Source of the DNA: Macrostomum lignano
Lineage: Eukaryota
Length of the DNA stretch: 64,000 bases
Direction of reading: 5' to 3'
NCBI GenBank assembly: GCA_002269645.1
Contig: NIVC01001280.1
Span: forward strand, 1 to 64,000
Part shown: piece after piece, positions 1 through 11,600 of the stretch
How the letters are laid out: each line of letters begins with the position of its first letter
Numbering within the stretch: the stretch's first letter is position 1
The notes under the pieces: model-generated
Told to the model about the DNA's origin: nothing
What the model saw: only the letters and a program-made list of their open reading frames with translations
Databases searched by the model: none
Translations under genes and position numbers: made by a program

Positions 1-225
1 TGAGGAGGTCAGGGAGAACAGGATTGATGAGATCAGGGGAACAGGATTGAGGGGGGTCAGGGAACAGGATTGAGGGGGTCAGGGGAACAGGATTGAGGGG
101 TCAGGGAACAGGATTGAGAAGCTCTGGCGGACATAAATTGAGGAGGTCAGGAGAACAGGATTGACTGAGATCAGGGAACAGGATTGAGAAGCTCTGACGG
201 ACATTATTGAGGAGGTCACACGCAG
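1..225. repeat. Degenerate minisatellite (~22-24 bp, core GGGAACAGGATTGAGGGGGTCAG)
   Basis: Repeated GGAACAGGATTGA cores from the window start to about 225; lies downstream (minus sense) of the donor at 396, so probably intronic. Confidence 0.85.
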
Positions 226-396
226 ATCAGATGGATTCAGACAGAAATGAGGAGCTTGCACTCAGGTACAGACAAAATGGGGCAGGAGATCAGTATTAAC
301 TTCATCCCTAAATGAACTGAGTATCATCTCTGGTATCCATGTCGCTGTACAGTCGCTGACTGGTACCAGGCAGAGTGGCTTTCCAGCCCGACTGAC

Positions 397-637
397 CTGC
401 AGGCAGAACTGGCAGGCCTGTCGCATCCCCGGATCGGGTGGCGGCCTGCGGAAGTTGAAGGCCAGCGAGCTGACATCGGTGAACACCTCGACATAGGCCT
501 GCTGTTCGGACCTAGAGTTGTAACCGCAGTACAGAATGTCCTTTGTCTTGTCCACCGCGATAGTTGCATAGTTCTTCGCCTTCTCGGCCGCTTCAGTCAG
601 GATTTTGCTCATCAGAATAACTGATCCGCGCTTGCCG
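397..637 (-). CDS. Coding exon of an unidentified gene running off the left edge
   Basis: Acceptor ctccag|C at 638-639, donor CTGCAG|gtcagt at 396; GC3-rich open frame (S)GKRGSVILMSKILTEAAEKAKNYATIAVDKTKDILYCGYNSRSEQQAYVEVFTDVSSLAFNFRRPPPDPGMRQACQFCLQ. Family not recognised. Confidence 0.55.
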
Positions 638-710
638 CTGGAGTGATAATGCGATTCTATTGACACCAGTTGCATTGCTGAAATTGCAAGCTTTAATCCC
701 CTACATGTAC

Positions 711-1086
711 CTCTTGCTGAGCAGATGTACAACCAGTCCGCCAGGCTTGTCTCCCAGCAGCTTGGACAGCAGCAGACAAACTCAGCTTTCCACATCCAGG
801 TAAGTCCGCTTGAGATCCCAGGGCTTCTGATCCACAGGTCTGGTGAAATAGCGCAGCAGGCCGGCCCACTCACCGGTGTGGGTGCTTGGCGCTACCACGA
901 AGCGATTCAGATAGCCGCTCTTTGCGTCAACATCAAAGTCGAAGCCGACATTCGGGGGCAGGGCGTTCCACTCCATTGGTCAATAAATGCCTGGCGCAGT
1001 GCAATCTTGGTGTTCAGCAGGGAATACATGCAATCATGCGCCGACGTTGGGTACTCGGGAGCTAATTCGGCTAAATAGAGCGACAT
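711..1086 (-). pseudogene. Coding-like first exon with an apparent frameshift (~976) and an in-frame TGA (782-784)
   Basis: ATG 1086 MSLYLAELAPEYPT...AFIDQ continues, after adding one nucleotide, into MEWNALPPNVGFD...TYLDVES*VCLLLSKLLGDKPGGLVVHLLSK; donor AAGAG|gtacat at 710 is in phase with the 637 acceptor (73-nt intron). Confidence 0.4.
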
Positions 1087-2283
1087 TTAGTGCTTAGTCT
1101 ATGGCAATTCTGCAATGAAAAACTCCCAGCGAGAAGATTTGATTCTTTGCAAGAATTCCCGGCGATGCCAATGCATGTAAACCACTTGCAGTTCTTACAG
1201 TTGCTTATTGACTCACTGGATGGCCAATATTTACTGATTTGACTGATTGATACACTTCTTGATGTGGGTGCTTCCCGTGTATTGCGGTTGTTAAACTTTT
1301 GAAGCAACTCAAATTTGAGCTGCCTCAGAAAAGCACTTCAGATGATTTTTCCGTTTAACTTCAAGTTAAAATTTACACGAATTCAAGATAAAATTAATCC
1401 TAAAGTTAACTTAAACCTATTATTTATCTCATTGAGAAGTTTGTATCCGTGTATTATTGCCTGTGACGAGTAAAAGTCTGATTTGTTACACCAAGGATGA
1501 GTGTGCTTGGAGTAGGTTTGTCATTTTAGATCATTTTTATTAGTACGCTCGTAGCCAACAACCAATTGACTCTGATGCCAGACAGCTCTTCATAATCTGA
1601 GCAAGATGCTTTTCCTGTCAGCTCGGATTTTCACATTTCTATGAAATAATAAATTATAACGGGTTTTCTCTCATCTTCCCAGATAGTAGCAGTCATATAT
1701 GATAATATGGAATCTATATGGTAATATGGTATTAGCTACAATTCCAGTTAATAAGCTCATGTTTGATGACCGCCGAATCGATTTAATCTGCTTTCAACTG
1801 CTCAGTGAGAAAGGCGGACGCAGCCACCCGCAGCGCCGGTTGTCACCCAGATAAGCTGAGTTAAGCTTGGAGCAGCGCATGCTGAGCACGAGTTACTGAG
1901 ACTGGCAAAGCCTGCGTCCTTTTTATTTTTCGAACAACTGAACTTCCTGCAGCGCAACTGGGAGAAATTCTTAATAAAGCGATGGGGCGCAAGGGAGGGA
2001 AAACTCAAGTAGATGAGGCAGGTAAAACGGGAAGGGGAGAACAATCTAATAGAGGATAGAGACGAAAGATCTGGCTGAGAAGAGGGGCTGCGCAACAAGT
2101 GTACAGGTAAAGCAGACAGATTGCAAGCAGCGCATGGAAACAGAAGTCTGGATTGGTTTATGCTACAGAGCGCCAGAGTCAAGCACAAGCCTACTGTAAG
2201 TAGTCAGCACACGAGTTGGGGTACGTGAGAAAGGCGCCTCCCGCTGGCGAAATGTAAATGCGGAGTAGCCGGCGAAGGCAGCC

Positions 2284-2665
2284 TCAGTCAGCGAAGGACT
2301 TGTTGAGGTGCACGAGCTGCCTGGCGATGCTGTGGCCCCAGGTCCTGTTGTACCATTCCAGGCTGTGGCCGCGCAGGTCCACCCGGGACAGCAGCGTCAC
2401 CCGCGAGTTGCCGGGCCCGCAGGCCTCGATCAGCCAGTCCTCGTTCAGGATGAGCGTCGGCAGCGTCAGAGGGGTGGGTGGCAGCCGCACGGAGGCCGTG
2501 TACAGGCAGTGGCTGTGGGAGCCGGCGGAGCGCCAGGCCCGCAGCACGCACTGCTCCCTGGCGGGCTGGGCGGGTGGCGACGTCAGCGTGAAGCGGGTCA
2601 CGTCCGAGTTGTCGTCGATCATCTCCACCAGCTCTGAATTCAGTACGTCCGGGTCCCAAGAGGCT
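2284..2665 (-). CDS. DLC1/STARD13: RhoGAP gene last exon: START domain C-terminal half
   Basis: cag|A GCC TCT TGG; ASWDPDVLNSELVEMIDDNSDV...CVLRAWR...LIEACGPGNSRVTLLSRVDLRGHSLEWYNRTWGH...SFAD*, matching the DLC1 START C-terminus. Confidence 0.93.
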
Positions 2666-5600
2666 CTGCTTGGGAGGGCGGGCGTCCATCATCAGTTGTA
2701 GCAGAATCCCACCCTGCCATCCACAATAATCCCACCCTGCCAGCCACAAAATTCCACAATAATCCCACCCTGCCAGCCACAAAATTCCACAATAATCCCA
2801 CCCTGTCAGTCTCACTAATCCCACCGTCAGCCTCGATAATCCCACCGTCAGTCACGATAATCCCACCGTCAGTCACGATAATCCCACCGTCAGTAACGAT
2901 AATCCCACCGTCAGTCTTAATAATCCCACCGTCAGTCACAATAGTCCCACCGTCAGTCATAATAATCCTACCGTCAGTCACGATAAGCCGACCGTCAGTC
3001 ACGATAAGCCGACCGTCAGTCACGATAATCCCACCGTCAGTCACGATAAGCCGACCGTCAGTCTCGATAATCCCACCGTCAGTCACGATAATCCCACCGT
3101 CAGTCATAATAATCCCACCGTCAGTCACGATAATCCCACTGTCAGTCATAATAATCCCACCGTCAGTCACGATAATTCCACCGTCAGTCACGATAATCCC
3201 ACCGTCAGTCACGATAATCCCACCGTCAGTCACGATAATCCCACCGTCAGTCACGATAATTCCACCGTCAGTCAAGATAATCCACCCTCTCAATATCGGT
3301 AATCTCATCGACAGTTTTGATAATCATATAACCTCCCAATAGCCCCACCAAGAGAATTCGGCATTCCATATAAACGCTCCCAGCAGCTCACTTGTCCTGT
3401 ACAATCCTGTTGAGGATTCTGGTCGGGTCAGCCTCCACATTCATGACAGCTTTCCACAGGCGCAGCGGGCACTTATCGTCCAGCTTCTTGCAGAAGGTCT
3501 CGACACCGCAGCGGCTGCTGAATGGCGTCCACTTGGCGGCACCTTCAGAGCACTCGCGGCCGACCATCTGGGCGTGGTTATCCACGAAGGCGAAGCAGTG
3601 CCGTCGCTGCGATGCGTCCACGGGGGCCAGCGAGTCCAGGGCGGGCGGTTCCGCCAGCTCCACGGCGGAGAATGCGGCTTGTCGGTAGAGCTCTTCTGAC
3701 ACCTGTGGAGCGGGTGCGACTTCATAGCCTGAGCTTCAGATTGCATAGGTCTCCCGTGCCATCTCCCTACAGTATTGGGGCCGAGCTTCAGATTGCATAG
3801 GTCTCCCGTGTCATCTCCCTACAGTATTGGGGCCGAGCATCAGATTGCATAGGTCTCCCGTGCCATCTCCCTACAGTATTGGGGCCGAGCATCAGATTGC
3901 ATAGGTCTCCCGTGTCATCTCCCTACAGTATTGGGGCCGAGCATCAGATTGCATAGGTCTCCCGTGTCATCTCCCTACAGTATTGGGGCCGAGCATCAGA
4001 TTGCATAGGTCTCCCGTGCCATCTCCCTACAGTATTGGGGCCGAGCATCAGATTGCATAGGTCTCCCGTGCCATCTCCCTACAGTATTGGGGCCGAGCAT
4101 CAGATTGCATAGGTCTCCCGTGCCATCTCCCTACAGTATTGGGCCGAGCTTCAGATTGCATAGGTCTCCCGTGCCATCTCCCTACAGTATTGGGCCGAGC
4201 TTCAGATTGCATAGGTCTCCCGTGTCATCTCCCTACAGTATTGGGGCCGAGCATCAGATTGCATAGGTCTCCCGTGCCATCTCCCTACAGTATTGGGGCC
4301 GAGCATCAGATTGCATAGGTCTCCCGTGTCATCTCCCTACAGTATTGGGGCCGAGCTTCAGATTGCATAGGTCTCCCGTGCCATCTCCCTACAGTATTGG
4401 GGCAGATTGCATAGGTCTCCCGTGCCATCTCTGCCGAGCATCAGATTGCATAGGTCTCCCGTGTCATCTCCCTACAGTATTGGGGCCGAGCTATACTGGG
4501 AGGGAGGGCCAGTGACGGTTCTACCTGAGTCTAAGTCTGATCCCGAGACAGCCCAGTTTACATGGTCTGGTAGCGAATTATAGCCAACTAAACCACCTCT
4601 CGGTTCTCTCAACTCACGGCTCTCCGAAGCCAACAAAATCCATGCGTATTAAAACTCAGGGCCCTCCGTCAGCGCGGTCACTCACTGTGAACAGCTGGTG
4701 GCAGTGGGTGATCATGAAGGTGACGCAGGCTGTGGCCGCCTTGTGGTCCTGCAGGTCGCGTGGATCGGGCACCCCGGTGGCACGGCGGAAGCGGCGCGGC
4801 GACAGGCCGCTCCCAGTCGGGGTCTCGTGCGGGAAGTAGAACAAAGAGGGCGCCAGGCACACTGCCAGGTTCGAGGCGTTCATCTGCGTGGTGTCCGCGT
4901 TCTCGGCGAAGTCCTTGAGGAAGTACAGCAGCGACTGCAAAACCTCCCTGTTCTCGTCGGGAAGCAGCAGCATGGCGCACTGCAGTGCCAGCAGCCGCAG
5001 CTGGTCGGAGGGCACAAAGGTGAACAAGTCCATGAGCGTGGGGGACAGCTTGGTAGTGACGAGGCACTCGGGTAGCTCCCGCAGGTACATCTTGACCAGG
5101 TCGGCCAGGTCATACGGCTGGCACTGGCTGAAGTCGCGCATATCCGGCTGCGCGTCAATCTCTGCCTTGAGCGAGGAGACCCGCGCCTTGCCGCCGGTGC
5201 GCCTGAAGATGCCGTGCGCGGACACGCCGCTCTGGCGCAGCTGGCGCATCATGTGGACGATGCAGGGCGGCAGAGGCTGGCCGCAGCGCATCTGCACGGT
5301 GGTCAGCGGCACGCCGAACACCGCAGTTTTGCTTGGCGGGATGGGCGGCTTGGCGCGGCGCAGGAATTTCGGCAGGAACCTGGCGGATAACCGGAGGCGC
5401 ACCGGATGTGATGCGAGTTTGCTTTTAGTCTAGTCAGCTAAAGCCATTTCTGATCGATCACCACTCAAAAATTTTAGGGTCACATCTGGAATCGAACTTG
5501 GTCCTCTGACACAATAAGACAGAGGCCCCTTAATTTCAGCTCTCATTTCTGTGTACATCCATCATTCGTGCGATTTGATGGGTCATTTGATGGCAGTGTC

Positions 5601-8600
5601 AATTCTTTGGCTGTCAGTTAAATGTGCCGCTGCGCTGCCTAAATAGGCTTGGAAATGACTGCAATTCGCATCAGTGACGGAAATGCAGCGAGGCCTCTCG
5701 GTCTAAGCTGCCGAAACCGCAGTTCAATTCCGCGCTGAAAGGTCGGCAAAGATGCAGCCAGCACTTGAGGCTCGGAATTTACCCTAGCTGACATTTATTT
5801 CATGTGGGAATGATTAAAGCTCCGCTTCAAACTCAACAGCGCAGTTCCAGCGGGGGCAAACGGTATTTGGCCTGACATCTCAGGGCAGCCTGCGCGCTTG
5901 AACTGTGCTTTACTGTTTTCTTTGGGAAATCATGAATAACAATCTTTAAAAAGTACAAAACAGTCTAGCTCCGGTAAGCTGATCCCGCCAACCCATGACC
6001 AGCAAGAAAATGACCCCGCCAACCCATGACCAGCAGGGAACTGACCCCGCCAACCCATGACCAGCAGGGAACTGACCCCGCCAACCCATGACCAGCAGGG
6101 AACTGACCCCGCCAACCCATGACCAGCAGGGAACTGACCCCGCCAACCCATGACCAGCAGGGAACTGACCCCGCCAACCCATGACCAGCAGGGAACTGAC
6201 CCCGCCAACCTATGACCAGCAGGGAACTGACCCCGCCAACCCATGACCAGCAGGGAACTGACCCCGCCAACACATGACCAGCAGGGAACTGACCCCGCCA
6301 ACCCATGACCAGCAGGGAACTGACCCCGCCAACCCATGACCAGCAGGGAACTGACCCCGCCAACCCATGACCAGCAGGGAACTGACCCCGCCAACCCATG
6401 ACCAGCAGGGAACTGACCCCGCCAACCCATGACCAGCAGGGAACTGACCCCGCCAACACACGACCAGCAGGGAACTGACCCCGCCAACACATGACCAGCA
6501 GGGAACTGACCCCGCCAACCCATGACCAGCAGGGAACTGACCAGGATAGCAGAGACTTGTTGGGCGGGCAGAACTCTTGCATGACTTTGTTGAGCTCCAG
6601 GAAGGCGGCATTCTTGAGCACCTGCATCTGGGCGATGGACATGGCCGCTATTTGCATCTCCCGCACCTGGATGCTGGGCCTGTGCGACCGGGCAAACGAA
6701 GACCAGCGAAATTTCGTGCCTCGTCGGATGCCGCCGCAGCTGCCGTTGTTTTCGCCGAGCTGGCACTCGCCTGTGCAGTCCTGGGGAGCCGCTTCGATGC
6801 CACCGGCCTGCGGGCTGCGTGATTGACAGGTCTAAGCTGGCAGGTTTTTATGGGAGTTTAAACACAATGGGCGAAATGGCAAGAGCATGAAAGAAACTGC
6901 ATGGAGGTGGCGGTGGAGCTCAATGGAAACTGCATGGGGGTGGCAGTGGAGCTCAATGGAAACTGCATGGGGGTGGCAGTGGAGCTCAATGGAAACTGCA
7001 TGGGGGTGGCAGTGGAGCTCAATGGAAACTGCATGGGGTGGAGGTGGAGCTCAATGGAAACTGCATGAGTGAGCCGAGAAGCCGTTGAATAACCAACCTG
7101 TACCGCAGCAGCGTGGGCGAGTCCATGCCGCTGTCCCGCCGCTCCCTGGCCAGGGGGTTGGCCCGGACTCCCAGCAGCGAGTCGAGCTCGGCGATGTTCC
7201 CAATGAGGTTGCCGACGTCGGCAGCTGCGAAGTGATCGGAGGCCGTAGCCGCCGCCCGGGCTGACGGAGGCCCCAGGGCAGCCGGGAGCGGAGAGTTCGG
7301 GACGCTCTTGAATCCCGTAGGGCCTGTCGGTGGAGTTGGCGGGTTGCTGAACTGCTGAGATTGCAGGAACACCTGCTTCATCAATTCAAACTCGGGGACT
7401 ACTAAATACTAGGACTAGAAACGGTAACCAACTTTAAGATTATCACGATTTTCTCTATTATACTTTTCAGTCAATTTTTTTGTTTATGGTTAAAAGTATC
7501 GAAATACAAAAAAGTCTATAAACATTTGGTGGTCCTGGTAAACACTGAATTCGAATACAAAAAACTTTACTTTGATCAGTTTAATTTAACGGTCAGAGCA
7601 CGAAGGCAGCCGGACGCGAACTTGGGGGAAACGAAGCGCGCAAGCGATCAAAAGGCCCAATCGACGTGGGACACTTAAAACGAATTTATTTAGAGTTAAA
7701 CAAGCCATCAACAATAACTAAGGCACAAGAGAAGCAATTATGAATATGGGTGGGTGCGGGGCAGAGAGACGGAGAGGGAGAGACGCGACGGAGGGAGAGA
7801 GAAAGAGTACACAAGGTGCACGAAGCGGACAGAGCAGGGGAGAGAGAGCAAATGGGGCGGTTACCTGACCGGAGGCGAAGCCATTTATTGACTGATCTGG
7901 CCAGCTAAACATAAGATACAAGTATAATAAAATTGTACATATATGGTCCGGCCAAGCTCGGGATCAAAAGCCGAGCATGACAGTAGAATCTCTTCGTGCT
8001 TGCTATGCGGGTCACTCTACCCTCCGGGCTCTGACCGAGTGCTCTGCTGGCCCTCGCTGCCACTCACTCAATCTACCCTGCGGGCTCTGACCGAGAGCTC
8101 TGCTGGCCCTCGCTGCCACTCACTCAATCTACCATGCGGGCTCTGACCGAGTGCTCTGCTGGCCCTCGCTGCCACTCACTCAATATACCATGCGGGCTCT
8201 GACCGAGTGCTCTGCTGGCCCTCGCTGCCACTCACTCAATCTACCATGCGGGCTCTGACCGAGTGCTCTGCTGGCCCTCGCTGCCACTCACTCAATCTAC
8301 CCTGCGGGCTCTGACCGAGTGCTCTGCTGGCCCTCGCTGCCACTCACTCAATCTACCCTGCGGGCTCTGACCGAGAGCTCTGCTGGCCCTCGCTGCCACT
8401 CACTCAATCTACCCTGCGGGCTCTGACCGAGTGCTCTGCTGGCCCTCGCTGCCACTCACTCAATCTACCATGCGGGCTCTGACCGAGTGCTCTGCTGGCC
8501 CTCGCTGCCACTCACTCAATCTACCATGCGGGCTCTGACCGAGTGCTCTGCTGGCCCTCGCTGCCACTCACTCAATCTACCATGCGGGCTCTGACCGAGT

Positions 8601-11600
8601 GCTCTGCTGGCCCTCGCTGCCACTCACTCAATCTACCCTGCGGGCTCTGACCGAGTGCTCTGCTGGCCCTCGCTGCCACTCACTCAATCTACCCTGCGGG
8701 CTCTGACCGAGAGCTCTGCTGGCCCTCGCTGCCACTCACTCAATCTACCCTGCGTTCTCACCGAGTACTCGGCTAGCCGTTGGTCAGACTGACGGTGCTG
8801 AAGCTTGAGAAAGAAGGCGGAGGCTGCAGCAGACAGCCAGGCCGGACGAGCTTGGAGAGGCAGGCGGGCTGAAGCAGCAGAGAAGGGCAGAAGAAGAGAG
8901 GGGATCGGGCTAATTGATAGCGGGCCGGGCCAATCTGCGGTAGCGGGCTGGCGCGCCGGTTGCTGGACTGCAGGGTGGCTGGCTGGAGCCAGACAGTCCG
9001 GAATCCGGCAGCTAAAAACGGACAAGCGCAGGAAGGGAGGACGGGGCAGTCCGGGTGAAAGCTGGAGAGCAGAAGCAGCGGAGGCTTTTTCAAATTAGCG
9101 AAGGCTGCGCAGAAGCCTCGGTCTGGGTGGGGCCGCGGTGTACTTGCCAGGTACGAGAGATGGCGGATTGGCGCATGGGGAACTGCATCAGGTGAGAGGG
9201 ATATTGGATTTGCGAGACGCTGCAGGGGCGAAAAGATCAGGGTAGCAAAATTCTAGGAAGGATTAGAATTCGGCAGGCCGGGGATCTGAAGTGCTGCACG
9301 GGCAAAACGAATGCCGGATAGAAAGAATGGACTGGAGGATTCTGAAGTCCTGTCGGGCATTCAGCCATAGACAGGCCGGCCTTGCTGAAAGGCAGCCCAT
9401 AAATAATTGCTGGGTTAGCGCCTGCGCAGCCAAGCGATAAGTGGTCAGCAGCCACTTGAGTCCAGGCTAGCATAGGCCGCATTGCATAGTGGCATCCATT
9501 AAAAAGTCCCGTCTGACAGCAGCCTTCCCTCCTGCATTTGCAGCAACAGCTGGATGATTGGCTTTTGGCCTTAGTAAACTTTCGCTGACTCGGGAAGCAG
9601 TGGTTGCTTCACTGTTGTGCCAATAAACTAGCAAAGTTGTGAGAATGATGAAATTATAGATTCTGGAGGTGAGAGAAAACACACCAACACAGTGAGTGCA
9701 GCGGGAGTGACGGAGAAGCCCACAAACCAACACAGTGAGTGCAGCGGGAGTGACGGAGAAGCCCACACACCAACACAGTGAGTGCAGCGGGAGTGACGGA
9801 GAAGCCCACACACCAACACAGTGAGTGCAGCGGGAGTGACGGAGAAGCCCACACACCAACACAGTGAGTGCAGCGGGAGTGACGGAGAAGCCCACACACC
9901 AACAGTGAGTGCAGCGGGAGTGACGGAGAAGCCCACACACCAACACAGTGAGTGCAGCGGGAGTGACGGAGAAGCCCACACACCAACACAGTGAGTGCAG
10001 CGGGAGTGACGGAGAAGCCCACACACCAACACAGTGAGTGCAGCGGGAGTGACGGAGAAGCCCACACACCAACACAGTGAGTGCAGCGGGAGTGACGGAG
10101 AAGCCCACACACCAACACAGTGAGTGCAGCGGGAGTGACGGAGAAGCCCACACACCAACACAGTGAGTGCAGCGGGAGTGACGGAGAAGCCCACACACCA
10201 ACACAGTGAGTGCAGCGGGAGTGACGGAGAAGCCCACACACCAACACAGTGAGTGCAGCGGGAGTGACGGAGAAGCCCACACACCAACACAGTGAGTGCA
10301 GCGGGAGTGACGGAGAAGCCCACACACCAACAGTGAGTGCAGCGGGAGTGACGGAGAAGCCCACACACCAACACAGTGAGTGCAGCGGGAGTGACGGAGA
10401 AGCCCACACACCAACACAGTGAGTGCAGCGGGAGTGACGGAGAAGCCCACACACCAACACAGTGAGTGCAGCGGGAGTGACGGAGAAGCCCACACACCAA
10501 CACAGTGAGTGCAGCGGGAGTGACGGAGAAGCCCACACACCAACACAGTGAGTGCAGCGGGAGTGACGGGCAGAACAGACAGCAGCAGTCGCATGCACAA
10601 ACAGCGGAGCCGAAAGGTACACACGGAGATTTCGGAGATACGCAGCAATGCACAGCTTTGAAAAATGCCGACTGAGCCGCAAGTGCCGCTGCATCCGCCC
10701 GAAGAAGGAAATGCGGCTCCAGGAAGAATTTTCTAGCAGCGAAATGCCATTCTATGATAGGCGAAGGCGGAGGCCATGTGGGGCAGCATTCATCACTGCT
10801 GGGCGCTGCTGGAGACGGGGGAAGGGCAGCGCACAGGCGGTTGTCGCGAGTGTCCTGGCCGGTCAGGGAGAGGCAGGGGAGGAGGCTGCGCCAGGTTCCA
10901 TGCCTCATGTTTCTTTTGTAGAGGCGGCACAGAAAATAAAGGACTGAAGTGCCACGCCCACTGACATTGCTGCAGTGCCCCGTCTTCCCTGCGTCAGCGC
11001 TCGCAAACGTCATTGTCAGCATGGCTGCATCAGCCAATGGTCACCTCCTGCCCTTGCGCTGCAGCAGCAAGAGCGAGCAAAGCCGACGAAGGCTCGAAGC
11101 CATCCGTGAGCCAGGGAATGGGAGTGCGGAATTTGCTGGCCATGCAAAGTACAAGCGGCCACTGCGTTCAGCAGTGCGGGTAGGTTTGTGCAGCATGCTA
11201 CTCGCCAGTAGTATATCAGTAGTATAGTTTTAGAAGCCCGCGCAGCTTACAGCGAGACGAGCAAAGCCAGCTACGAGTAACCAAATCCCTCGCGAGGCAA
11301 ATTATCTACAGGGTATTTTATGACGGGTGAGAGGGACGCGCCAAAGGACTGACGACTCAGCCTGACAGGATTGGCAAAGGAGTCACGACTTTCATGATTT
11401 TACATTAACCGCAATTGAGAGCTTCGGCTTCCAGCTGAGACTGTGGCAACTGAGAGCTTTGGCTTCCAGCTGAGACTGTGGCAACTGAGAGCTTCGGTTT
11501 CCAGCTGAGACTGTGGCAACTAAGAGCTTCGGTTTCCAGCTGAGACTGTGGCAACTGAGAGCTTCGGCTTCCAGCTGAGACTGTGGCAACTGAGAGCTTT

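Noticed and set aside
2640-3308. 222-aa ORF of TDGGIIV repeats
   Set aside because: Translation of the 21-bp intronic minisatellite; the true exon boundaries (2665, 3392) are fixed by START-domain homology.
3725-4492. CRISPR-like appearance of this and other regular arrays
   Set aside because: Units are contiguous with no unique spacers, there are no cas genes, and the context is eukaryotic and intronic.
5470-5540. Pol III B-box (GTTCGATTCC, minus strand) suggesting a tRNA or SINE
   Set aside because: No convincing A-box or cloverleaf; at most a very old SINE trace.
9467-11037. Long Cys-rich ORFs (346-469 aa)
   Set aside because: Produced by the stop-free 43-bp array in all minus frames; the unique flanks show no recognisable homology.
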